Assembly: GCF_009914755.1 (NCBI RefSeq)
Contig: NC_060933.1
DNA from: the human T2T-CHM13v2.0 reference genome, Homo sapiens
Length of the DNA: 64,000 nt
Direction: 5' to 3' (one strand)
This document shows positions 44,301-57,200 of this stretch, in pieces. The notes under the pieces were generated by a model, which saw only the letters and a list, made by a program, of their open reading frames with translations, was not told the DNA's origin and did no database searches. Numbering within the stretch: position 1 is the first letter of the stretch; each line of letters begins with the position of its first letter. The position numbers and the translations under genes are program-made.

Positions 44301-45130
44301 GGAATGGAATGGAATGTAAACAACCCGAATGGAATGGAATATAATGGAGTGTAAATGAATTGAATGGAATCAATCCGAATGTAATGGAATGGAATGGAAA
44401 GGAATGGAATTGAATGGAATGGAATGGAATGGAATCAACCCGTGTGTAATGGAATGGAATCGAAAGGAATGGAAAGGAATGGAATGGATTCAACACCAAT
44501 GTAATGGAAAGGAATGGAATCAACCCGAGTGGAATGTCATGGAATGGAATGGAAAGTAATGGAATGGAATGGTACAGAACGGAATGGATTGGAACGAAAT
44601 GGAATGGAATCGAATGGAATGGAATGGAATGGAATGGAATCAACTCGATTGCAATGGAATGGAATGGAATGGAATGGAATAGAATGGAATGGAATTAACC
44701 CGAATAGATTGGAATGGAATGGAATGGAATCAACCCTAGTACAGGGGAATGGAATGGAATGGAATGCAATGGAATCGAATCATCCATAAAGGTATGGAAA
44801 TGAATGGAATGGAATGGAATGGAATGGAATAGAATGGAATGGAATGGAATGGAATCAACTCGATTGCAATAGAATGGAATGGAATGGAATTAACCCGAAT
44901 AGAATGGAATGGAATGGAATGGAACGGAACGGAATGGAATGGAATGGAATGGAATGGAATGGAACGGAACGGAATGGAATGGAATGGAATGGAATGGAAT
45001 CAACGCGAGTGCGGGGGAATGGAATGGAATGGAAGGCAATGGAATGGAATATTCCGGAATGGAATGGAATGGAATGGAATGGAATGGAATGGAATGGAAT
45101 GGAATGGATTCAACTCGATTGCAATGGAAT
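41400..45130 (+). repeat. Dispersed copy of ~26900-32300 lacking ~1.8 kb
   Basis: Shared GGACCAACCCG (~28480/43112), GAGAGTAATGGAGTTG, ATCCGGGATGG, GGTGCGG and CAACACCAATGTAA (~31709/44491). The ORF-twin offset drops from 14607 (29388/43995) to 12782 (31722/44504). Confidence 0.85.
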
Positions 45131-46129
45131 GGAATGGAATGGAATGGAATGGAACGGAACGGAACGGAAAGGAATGGAATGGAATGGATTGGAATGGAAT
45201 GGTACGGAATGGAATGGAATGGAACGAAATGGAATGGAATGGAATGGAATGGAATGCAATGGAATGGAATGGAATCGTTCCGAGTGGAATAGGAGGGAAT
45301 GTAATCGAGTGGAATGGAAAGGAATGGAATCAACCAGAGTGGAATGGAAGGGAATGGAATGGAATGGAAACTAATAGAATGGAATTAACCCGAGTGGAAT
45401 GGAATGGAAAGGACTGGAATGGAATGGAATGGAATGGAATGGAATCAACTCGATTGTAATGGAATGGAATGGAATGGAATGGAATGGAATGGAATGGAAT
45501 GGAATGGAATGGAATTAACCCGAATACAATGGAATGCAATGGAATGGAACGGAATGGAGTGGAATGGAATGGAATCAACCCGAGTGCAGGGGAATGGAAT
45601 GGAATGTAATGTAATGGAATGGAATCATCCGGAATGGAATGGAATGGAATGGAATGCAAAGCAATGGAATCAACTCGATTGCAATGGAATGGAATGGAAT
45701 GGAAAGGAATAGAATGGAATCAACCCGAGTGGAATGGAATGGAAAGGACTGGAATGGAGTGGAATGAAATGGAATGGAATGGAAAGGAATCAACTCGATT
45801 GGAATGAAATGGAATGGAATGGAATGGAATTAACCCGAAAAGAATGGAATGGAATGGAATGGAACGGAATGGAATGGAATGGAATGGAATGGAATGGAAT
45901 CAACCTGAGTGCTGTGGAATGGAATGGAATGGAATGCAATGGAATGGAATCATCCGGAAAGGAATGGAATGGAATGGAATGGAATCAACCCGATGCAATG
46001 GAATGGAATGGAATGGAATGGAATGGAATGGAAACATCCCGAATGGAATGGAATATAATGGAGTGTAAGGGAATTGAATAGAATCAATGCGAATGTAATG
46101 GAATGGAATGGAATGAAATGGAATGGAAT

Positions 46130-47100
46130 GGAATGGAATGGAATCAACCCGAGTGCAATGGAATTGATTCGAATGGAATGGAATGCAATGGAATGGATTC
46201 AAGAAGAATGGAATAGAAAGGAATGGAATCAAACCGAGTGTAATGGCATGGAATGGAATGGAATGGAATGGGATGGAATGGAATGGTACGGAATAGAATG
46301 GAATGGAATGAAATGGAATGGAATGGAATGGAATGAAATGGAATGGAATGGAATGGAATGAACCCGTGTGCTATGGAATGGAATGGAATGGAATGGAATG
46401 GATTCAACTCGAATGGAATCAACTCGATTGCAATGGAATGGAATGGAATGGAATGGATTCAACTCGAATGGAATCAACTTGATTGCAATGGAATGGAATG
46501 GAATGGAAAGGAATAGAATGGAATCAACACGAGTGGAATGAAATGGAAAGGACTGGAATGGAGTGGAATGGAATGGAATGGAATTAACCCGAATAGAATG
46601 GAATGGAATGGAATGGAACGGAATTTAATTGAATGGAATGGAATGGAATCAACCCGAGTGCTGGGGAATGGAATGGAATGGAATGCAATGGAATGGAATC
46701 ATCCGAAATGGAATGGAATGGAATGGAATGGAATGGAATGGAATGGAATGGAATGGAATGGAATCAACTCGATTTCAATGGAATGGAATGGAATAGAAAG
46801 GAATGGAATTAACACGAATACAAAGGAATGGAATGGAATGGAATGGAACAGAAAGGAATGGAATGGAATGGAATGGAATCAACCCAAGTGCAGGGGAATG
46901 GAATGGAATGGAATTCAATGGAATGGAATCATCCGGAATGGAATGGAATGGAGTGGAATGGAATGGAATCAACCCGAGTGCAATGGAATGGAGAGGAATG
47001 GAATGGAATGCAATGGAAACTACCCGAATCGAATGGAGTGTAATGGAGTGTAAGGGAATTGAATAGAATCAATCCGAATGTAATGGAATGGAATGGAACG
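46130..47100 (+). repeat. Dispersed copy of ~36200-37170 (offset 9930)
   Basis: Shared private motifs GATTCAAGAAGAATGG, AACCCGTGTGCTATGG, a doubled GATTCAACTCGAATGGAATCAACT, GAATTTAATTGA and TACCCGAATCGAATGGAGTG. ORF twins 36214/46144 and 36873/46803. Confidence 0.92.
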
Positions 47101-50100
47101 GAATGGAATGGAATGGAATGGAATGGAATGGAATGCAATCAACCCGACTGCAGGGGAATGGAATGGAATGGAATGCAATGGAATGGAATCATCCGGAACG
47201 GAATGCAATGGAATGGAATGGAATCAACTCGATTGCAATGGAATGCAATGGAATGGAATGGAATGGAATGGAGTTAACCCGAATAAAATGGAATGGAATG
47301 GAATGGAATGCAATGGAAGGGAATGGAATGGAATGTAATCAACCCGAGTGCAGGGGAATGGAATGGAATGCAATGGAAAGGAATCATCCGTAATGGAATG
47401 GAATGGAATGGAATGGAATGGAATGGAATGCAATGGAATGGAATCAACCCGAGTACAATGGAAAGGAATGGAATGGAATGGAATGGAAAGGAATGGAATG
47501 CAATGCAATGGATTCAACTCGATTGCAATGGAATGGAATAGAATGGAATGGAATGGAATGGAATGGAATTAACCCAAATAGTATGGAATGGAATGGAATG
47601 GAAAGCAATGGAATGGAATGGAATGGAATGGAATGGAATGGAATGGAATGGAATGGAATGGTATGGAATGGAATGGAATGGAATGCTACGGAATAGAATG
47701 GAATGGAAAGAATTGGAATGGAATGGAATCGAATGGAATGGAATGCAATGGAATAGAATCAACCCGAGTGCAGGGGAATGAAATGGAATGCAATGCAATG
47801 GAATGGAATCATCCGAAATGGAATGGAATGGAATGGAATGGAATGGAATGGAATGGAATGGAATCAACCCGAGTGCAATGGAATGGAGTGGAATGGAATG
47901 GAATGGAAAGAAACAACCCGAATGGAATGGAATGTATTGGAGAGTAAGGGAGTTGAATAGAATCAATCCGAATGTAATGGAATGGAATGGAACGGAATGG
48001 AATGGAATGGAATGGAATGCAATGGAATGGAATGCAATGGAATGGAATGCAATGGAATGGAATGGAATGGAATGGAATGGAATGGAATGGAAAGGAACTG
48101 AATGGAATGGAATGACTTCAAACCGAATGGAATGGAATGGAATGGAATGGTACGGAATAGAATGGAATGGAACGAAATGGAATGGAATGGAATGGAATGG
48201 AATGGAATGGAATGGAATGGAATCGTTCCGAGTGGAATAGGAGGGAATGTATTCGAGTGGAATGGAAAGGAATGGAATCAACCAGAGTGGAATGGAAGGG
48301 AATGGAATGGAATGGAAACTAATAGAGTGGAATCAACCCGAGTGGAATGGAATGGAAAGGACTGAATGGAATGGAATGGAATGGAATGGAATGGAATGGA
48401 AAGGAATTGAATGGAATGGAATGACTTCAAACCGAATGGAATGGAAAGGAATGGAATCAACACGAGTGGAATGGAATGGAATGGAATGGAATGGAACGGA
48501 ATGGAGTGGAATCGTACGGAATAGAATGGAATGGAACGAAATGCAATGGAATGGAATGGAATGGAATGGAATGGAATGGAATCGTTCCGAGTGGAATAGG
48601 AGGAAATGTTTTCGAGTGGAATGGTATGGAATGGAATCAACCAACGTGGAATGGAAGGGAATGGAATGGAATGGAAACTAATAGAATGGAATCAACCCGA
48701 GTGGAATGGAATGGAAAGGACTGAATGGAATGGAATGGAATGGAATGGAATGGAATGGAATGGAATCAACTCGATTGTAATGGAATGGAATGTTATGGAA
48801 TGGAATGGAATGAATGGAATTAACCCGAATACAATGGAATGGAATGGAATGGAACGGAATGGAGTGGAATGGAATGGAATCAATCCGAGAGCAGGGGAAT
48901 GGAAAGGAATGGAATGCAATGGAAAGGAATCATCCGGAATGGAATGGAAAGGAATGGAATGGAATCAACCCGAGTGGAATGGAATGGAAAGGACTGGAAT
49001 GGAGTGGAATGAAATGGAATGGAATGGAATGGAATCAACTCAATTGGAATGGAAGGAATGGAATGGAATGGAATGGAATGGAATGGAATTAACCCGAATA
49101 GAATGGAATGGAATGGAATGGAATGGAACGGAATGGAATGGAATGGAATGGAATGGAATCAACCCGACTGCAGGGGAATGGAATGGAATGGAATGCAATG
49201 GAATGGAATCATCCGGAACGGAATGGAATGGAATGGAATGCAATCAACTCGATTGCAATGGAATGGAATGGAATGGAATGGAATGGAATTAACCCGAATA
49301 GAATGGAATGGAATGGAATGGAATGGAAAGGAATGGAAGGGAATGGAATGGAATGTAATCAACCCGAGTGCAGGGGAATGGAATGGAATGGAATGCAATG
49401 GAATGGAATCACCCGGAATGGAATGGAATGGAAAGGAATGCAATCAACCCGATGCAATGGAATGGAGTGGAATGGAATGGAATGGAATGGAATGGAATCA
49501 ACTCGATTGCAATCGAATGGAATAGAATGGAATGGAATCAACTCGAATGCAATCGAATGGAATGGAATGGAATTAACCCGAATAGAATGGAATGGAATGG
49601 AATGGAACGGAACGGAACGGAACGGAATGGAATGGAATGGAATGGAATGGAACGGAACGGAACGGAACGGAATGGAATGGAATGGAATGGAATTAACGCG
49701 AGTGCAGGGGAATGGAATGGAATGGAATGCAATGGAATGGAATCTTCCGGAATGGAATGGAATGGAATGGAATGGAATGGAATGGAATGGAATCATCCGT
49801 AATGGAATGGAAAGGAATGGAATGGAATGGAATGGAATGGAATGGAATGGAATGGAATGGAATGGAATGGAATGCAATGGTACGGAATAGAATGGAATGG
49901 AAATAATTAGAAAGGAATGGAATCGAATGGAATGGAATGGAATGGAATGGAATCAACCTGAGTACAGGGGAATGTAATGGAACGGAATGCAATGGAATGG
50001 AAGCATCCGGAATGGAATGGAATGGAATGGAATGGAATGGAATGGAATGGAATGGAATCAACACGAGTGCAATGGAATCGAGTGGAATGGAATGGAATGG

Positions 50101-53100
50101 AATGGAACAACCCGAATGGAATGGAATGTAATGGACAGTAAGGGAGTTGAATAGAATCAATCCGAATGTAATGGAATGGAATGGAACGGAATGGAATGGA
50201 ATGGAATGGAATGCAATGGAATGGAATCAACCCGAGTACAATGGAATGGAATGGAATGGAATGGAATGGAATGGAATCAACCCGAGTGCGATGGAATGGA
50301 GAGGAATGGAATGGAATGGAATGGAAACTACCCGAATGTAATGGAATGTAATGGAGTGTAAGGGAATTGAATAGAATCAATCCGAATGGAATGGAATGGA
50401 ATGGAACGGAATGGAATGGAAGGGAATGGAATGGAATCAACCCGAGTGCAGGGGAATGGAATGGAATGGAATGCAATGGAATGGAATCATCCGAAATGGA
50501 ATGGAATGGAATGGAATGGAATGGAATGGAATGGAATGGAATCGTTCCGAGTGGAATAGGAGGGAATGTATTCGAGTGGAATTGAAAGGAATGGAATCAA
50601 CCAGAGTGGAATGGAATGGAATGGAATGGAATGGAATTGAATGGAATGGAATGCAATGGAATGGAATCAACCCGAGTACAATGGAATGGAATGGAATGGA
50701 ATGGAATGGAATGGAATGGAATGGAATGGAATGGAATGGAATGGAATGGAATCAACTCGATTGCAATCGAATGGAATGGAATGGAATTAACCCGAATAGA
50801 ATGGAATGGAAGGGAATGGAACGGAACGGAATAGAATGGAATGGAATGGAATGGAATGGAACGGAAAGGAATGGAATGGAATGGAATGGAATGGAATGGA
50901 ATGGAATGGAATCAACGCGAGTGCAGAGGAATGGAATGGAATCTAATGGAATGGAATGGAATCAACCGGAGTGCAGGGGAATGTAATGGAACGGAATGCA
51001 ATGGAATGGAATCATCCGGAATGGAATGGAATGGAATGGAATGGAATGGAATGGAATGGAATGGAGTGGAACAACCCGAATGGAATGGAATGTAATGGAG
51101 AGTAAGGGAGTTGAATAGAATCAATCCTAATATAATGGAATGGAATGCAACGGAATTGAATGGAATGGAATGGAATGGAATGGAATGGAATGGAATGGAA
51201 TGGAATGGAATCAACCCGAGTACAATGGAATGGAATGGAATGGAATGGAATTTAATGGAATGGAATGGAATGGAATGGAATGGAATGGAATGGAATGGAA
51301 ATGAATGGAATGGAATCAAGCCAAGTGCAATGGAATGGAGAGGAATGGAATGGAAAGGAATGGAATGGAAAGGAATTGAATGGAATGGAATGACTTCAAA
51401 CAGAATGGAATGGAAAGGAATGGAATCAACACGAGTGGAATGGAATGGAATGGAATGGGGTGGTATGGAATGGAATGGAATGGAACAACCCGAATGGAAT
51501 GGAATGTAATGGAGAGTAAGGGAGTTGAATAGAATCAATCCGAATGTAATGGAATGGAATGCAACGGAATGGAATGGAATGGAATGCAATGGAATGGAAT
51601 GCAAAGGAATGGAATCAACCCGAGTGGAATGGCATGGAATGGAATGCAATGGATTGGAATGGAGTGGAATCAACTCGAGTGGAAAGGAATGGAATGGAAG
51701 GGAAAGGAATGGAATGAAGTCAACTCGAGTGGAATGGAATGGAATGGAATGGATTGGAATGGATTGCAATGGAATGAAATGGAATGGAATGGAATGGAAT
51801 CAATCATTCCGAGTGGAATGGAAGGGAATGTAATGGAGTGGAAAGAAGGGAATGGAATCAACCCGAGTGGAATGCAAGGCAATGGAATGGAATGGAAAGG
51901 AATGGAATGGAATCAACTCGATTGCAATGGAATGGAATGGAATGGAATGGAATGGAATGGAATGGAATGGAATTAACCGGAATAGAATGGAATGGAATGG
52001 AATGGAACGGAATGGAATGGAATGGAAGGGAATGGAATCAACACGAGTGCAGGGGAATGGAAAGGAATGGAATGCAATGGAATGGAATCATCCGGAATGG
52101 AATGGAAAGGAATGGAATGGAATTAAACCGAATAGAATGGAATGGAATGGAATGGAATGGAATTAAACCGAATAGAATGGAATGGAATGGAATGGAACGG
52201 AACGGAACAGAACGGAGTGGAATGGAAAGGAATGGAATTGTATGGAATGGAATGGCATGGTACGGAATACAATGGAATGGAAAGAATTGGAATGGAATGG
52301 AATCGAATGGAATGGAATGGAATGGAATGGAATCAACCCGAGTGCAGGGGAATGTAATGGAACGGAATGCAATGGAATGGAATCATCCGGAATGGAATGG
52401 AATGGAGTGGAATGGAATGGAATGGAATGGAATGGAATCAACCCGAGTGCAATGGAATGGAGTGGAACGGAATGGAATGGAATGGAACAACCCGACTGGA
52501 ATGGAATGTAATGGAGAGTAAGGGAGTTGAATAGAATCAATCCGAATGTAATGGAATGGAACGGAATGGAATGGAATGGAATGGAATGCAATGCAATGGA
52601 ATGGAATCAACCCGAGTACAATGGAATGGAATGGAATGGAATGGAATGGAATGGAATGGATTGGAATACCTTCAAACCGAATGGAATGGAAAGGAATGGA
52701 ATCAACACGAGTGGAATGGAATGGAATGGAATGGAATGGAATGGCATGGAATGGAATGGAATGATACGGAATAGAATGGAATGGAACGAAATGGAATGGA
52801 ATGGAATGGAATGGAATGGAATGGAATGGAATGGAATCGTTCCGAGTGGAATAGCAGGGAATGTATTCGAGTGGAATGGAAAGGAATGGAATCAACCAGA
52901 GTAGAATGGAAGGGAATGGAATGGAATGGAAACTAATAGAATGAAATCAACCCGAGTGGAATGGAATGGAAAGGACTGGAATGGAAAGGAATGGAATGGA
53001 ATGGAATGGAATGAAATGGAATGGAATGGAATGGAATCAACGCGAGTGCAGGGGAATGGAATGGAATCGAATGGAATGGAATGGAATGGAATAGAATCAA

Positions 53101-54289
53101 CCCGAGTGCAGGGGAATGTAATGGAACGGAATGCAAAGGAATGGAATCATCCGGAATGGAATGGAATGGAATGGAATGGAATGGAATCAACCCGAGTGCA
53201 ATGGAATGGAGTGGAATGGAATGGAATGAAATGGAACAACCCGAATGGAATGGAATGTAATGGAGAGTAAGGGAGTTGAAAAGAATCAATCAGAATGTAA
53301 TGGAATGGAATGGAACGGAATGGAATGGAATGGAATGGAATGGAATGGAATGGAATGGAATGGAAAGCAATGGAATGGAATCAACCCGAGTACAAAGGAA
53401 TGGAATGGAATGGAATGGAATGGAATGGAATGGAATGGAATGCAATGGAATGGAATCTTCCGGAATGCAATGGAATGGAATGGAATGGAATGGAATGCAA
53501 TGGATTCAACTCGATTGCAATGGAATGGAATAGAATGGAATGGAATGGAATGGAATGGAATTAAACCGAATAGAATGGAATGGAATGGAATGGAACGGAA
53601 CGGAACAGAACGGAGTGGAATGGAAAGGAATGGAATTGTATGGAATGGAATGGCATGGTACGGAATACAATGGAATGGAAAGAATTGGAATGGAATGGAA
53701 TTGATTGGAATGGAATGGAATGGAATGGAATCAACCCGAGTGCAGGGGAATGTAATGGAACGGAATGCAATGGAATGGAATCATCCGGAATGGAATGGAA
53801 TGGAATGGAATGGAATGGCATCAACCCGAGTGCAATGCAATGGAGTGGAATGGAATGGAATGGAATGGAATAACCAGAATGGAATGGAATGTAATGGAGA
53901 GTAAGGGAGTTGAATAGAATCAATCCGAATGTAATGGAATGGAATAGAACGGAATGGAATTGAATGGAATGGAATGGAATGCAATGGATTGGAATCAACC
54001 CGAGTGCAATGGAAAGGAGAGGAATGGAATGGAATGGAATGGAAACTACCCGAATGGAATGGAATGTAATGGAGTGTAAGGGAATTGAATAGAATCAATC
54101 CGAATGTAATGGAATGGAATGGAACGGAATGGAATGGAATGGAATGGAATGGAATGGAATCAACCCGAGTGCAATCGAATGGAATCGAATGGAATGGAAT
54201 GCAATGGAATGGATTCAACTTGAATGGAATGGAAAGAATGGAATCAACACGAGTGGAATGGCATGGATTGGAATGGAATGGAATGGAAT

Positions 54290-57200
54290 CAACCCGAGTA
54301 CAGGGGAATGGAATGGAATGGAATGCAATGGAATGGAATCATCCGTAATGGAATGGAAAGGAATGGAATGGAATGGAATGGAATGGAATGGAATGGAATG
54401 GAATGGAATCAACTCGATTGCAATCGAATGGAATGGATTGGAATTAACCCGAATAGAATGGAATGGAATGGAATGGAACGGAACGGAATGGAATGGAATG
54501 GAAAAGAATGGAATTGAACGGAACGGAATGGAATGGAATGGAATGGAATGGAATGGAATGGAATCAACGCGAGTGCAGGGGAATGGAATGGAATGGAATG
54601 CAATGGAATGGAATCTTCCGGAATGGAATGGAATGGAATGGAATGGAATGAAATGCAATGGATTCAACTCGATTGCAAAGGAATGGAATAGAATGGAATG
54701 GAATGGAATGGAATGGAATTAATCCGAATAGAATGGAATGGAATGGAATGGAACAGAATGGAACGGAATGGAATGGAATGGAATGGCATGGAATGCTATG
54801 GAATGGAATGGAATGGTACGGAATAGAAAGGAATGGAACGAATTGTAATGGAATGGAATTGAATGGAATGGAATGGAATGGAATGGAATCAACGCGAGTG
54901 CAGGGGAATGTAATGGAAAGGAATGCAATGGAATGGAATCATCCGGAATGGAATGGAATGGAATTTAATGGAATGGAATGGAATTAACCCTAGTGCAATG
55001 GAATGTAGTGGAATGGAATGGAATGGAATGGAACAACCCGAATGGAATGGAATGTAATGGAGAGTAAGGGAGTTGAATAGAATCAATCCGAATGTAATGG
55101 AATGGAATGCAACGGAATGGAATGGAATGGAATGGAATGGAATGCAATGGAATGGAATCAACCCGAGTACAATGGAATGGAATGGAATGAAATGGAATTT
55201 AATGGAATGGAATGGAATGGAATGGAATGATACGGTATAGAATGGAATGGAACGAAATGGAATGGAATGGAATGGAATGGAATGGAATGGAATGGAATCG
55301 TTCCGAGTAGAATAGGAGGGAATGTTTTCGAGTGGAATGGAAAGGAATGGAATCAACCAGAGTGGAATGGAAGGGAATGGAATGGAATGGAAACTAATAG
55401 AATGGAATCAACCCGACTGGAATGGAATGGAAAGGACTGGAATGGAATGGAATGGAATGCAATCAACTCGATTGTAATGGAATGGAATGAAATGGAATGG
55501 AATGGAATGGAATGGAATGGAATGGAATTAACCCGAATACAATGGAATGGAATGAAATGGAACGGAATGGAGTGGAATGGAATGGAATCAACCCGAGTGG
55601 AGGGGAATGGAATGGAATGGAATGCAATGGAATGGAATCATCCGGAATGGAATGGAATGGAATGGAATGCAAAGCAATGGAATCAACTCGATTGGAATGG
55701 AATGGAATGGAATGGAAAGGAATACATTGGAATCAACCCGAGTGGAATGGAATGGAAAGGACTGGAATGGAGTGGAATGGAATGGAATGGAATGGAATGG
55801 AATGGAATGGAATGGAATCAACTCGATTGGAATGGAATGGAATGGAATGGAATGGAATGGAATTAACCCGAATAGAATGGAATGGAATGGAATGGAATGG
55901 AACGGAATGGAATGGAATGGAATGGAATGGAATGGAATGGAATGGAATCAACCCGACTACAGGGGAATGGAATGGAATGGAATGCAATGGAATGGATTCA
56001 ACTTGAATGGAATGGAAAGAATGGAATCAACACGAGTGGAATGGCATGGATTGGAATGGAATGGAATGGAATCAACCCGAGTACAGGGGAATGGAATGGA
56101 ATGGAATGCAATGGAATGGAATCATCCGTAATGGAATGGAAAGGAATGGAATGGAATGGAATGGAATGGAATGGAATGGAATGGAATCAACTCGATTGCA
56201 ATCGAATGCAATGGAATGGAATTAACCCGAATACAATGGAATGGAATGGAATGGAACGGAACGGAACGGAACGGAACGGAACGGAACGGAGTGGAATGGA
56301 ATGGAATGGAATTGTATGGAATGGAATGGCATGGTACGGAATAGAATGGAATGGAAAGATTTGGAATGGAATGGAATCGAATGGAATGGAATGGAATGGA
56401 ATGGAATCAACCCGAGTGCAGGGGAATGTAATGGAACGGAATGCAATGGAATGGAATCATCCGGAATGGAATGGAATGGAATGGAATGGAATGGAATGCA
56501 ATGGAATCAACCCGAGTGCAATGGAATGGAGTGGAATGGAATGGAATAGAATGGAACAACCCGAATGCAATGGAATGTAATGGAGACTAAGGGAGTTGAA
56601 TAGAATCAATCCGAATGTAATGCAATGGAACGGAATGGAATGGAATGGAATGGAATGGAATGGAATGGAATGCAATGGAAGGGAATCAACCCGAGTACAA
56701 TGGAATGGAATGGAATGGAATGGAATGGAATGGAATGGAATGGAATGCAATGGAATGGAATCTTCCGGAATGGAATGGAATGGAATGGAATGGAATGGAA
56801 TGGAATGCAATGGATTCAACTCGATTGCAATGGAATGGAATAGAATGGAATGGAATGGAATGGAATGGAATGGAATTAAACCGAATAGAATGGAATGGAA
56901 TGGAATGGAACGGAACAGAACGGAACGGAACGGAACGGAGTGGAATGGAATGGAATGGAATTGTATGGAATGGAATGGAATGGTACGGAATAGAATGGAA
57001 TGGAAAGAATTGGAATGGAATGGAATCTAATGGAATGGAATGGAATGGAATCAACCCGAGTGCATGGGAATGTAATGGAACGGAATGCAATGGAATGGAA
57101 TCATCCGGAATGGAATGGAATGGAATGGAATGGAATGGAATCAACCTGAGCGCAATGGAATGGAGTGAAATGGAATGGAATGGAATGGAGACAACCAGAA

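Noticed and set aside
51805-51820. Strand inversion breakpoint at the plus-strand CATTCC
   Set aside because: It is only 6 bp and explained by point changes in the CGTTCCGAGT module. The flanks remain GGAAT-oriented, and no (ATTCC)n tract exists in the window.
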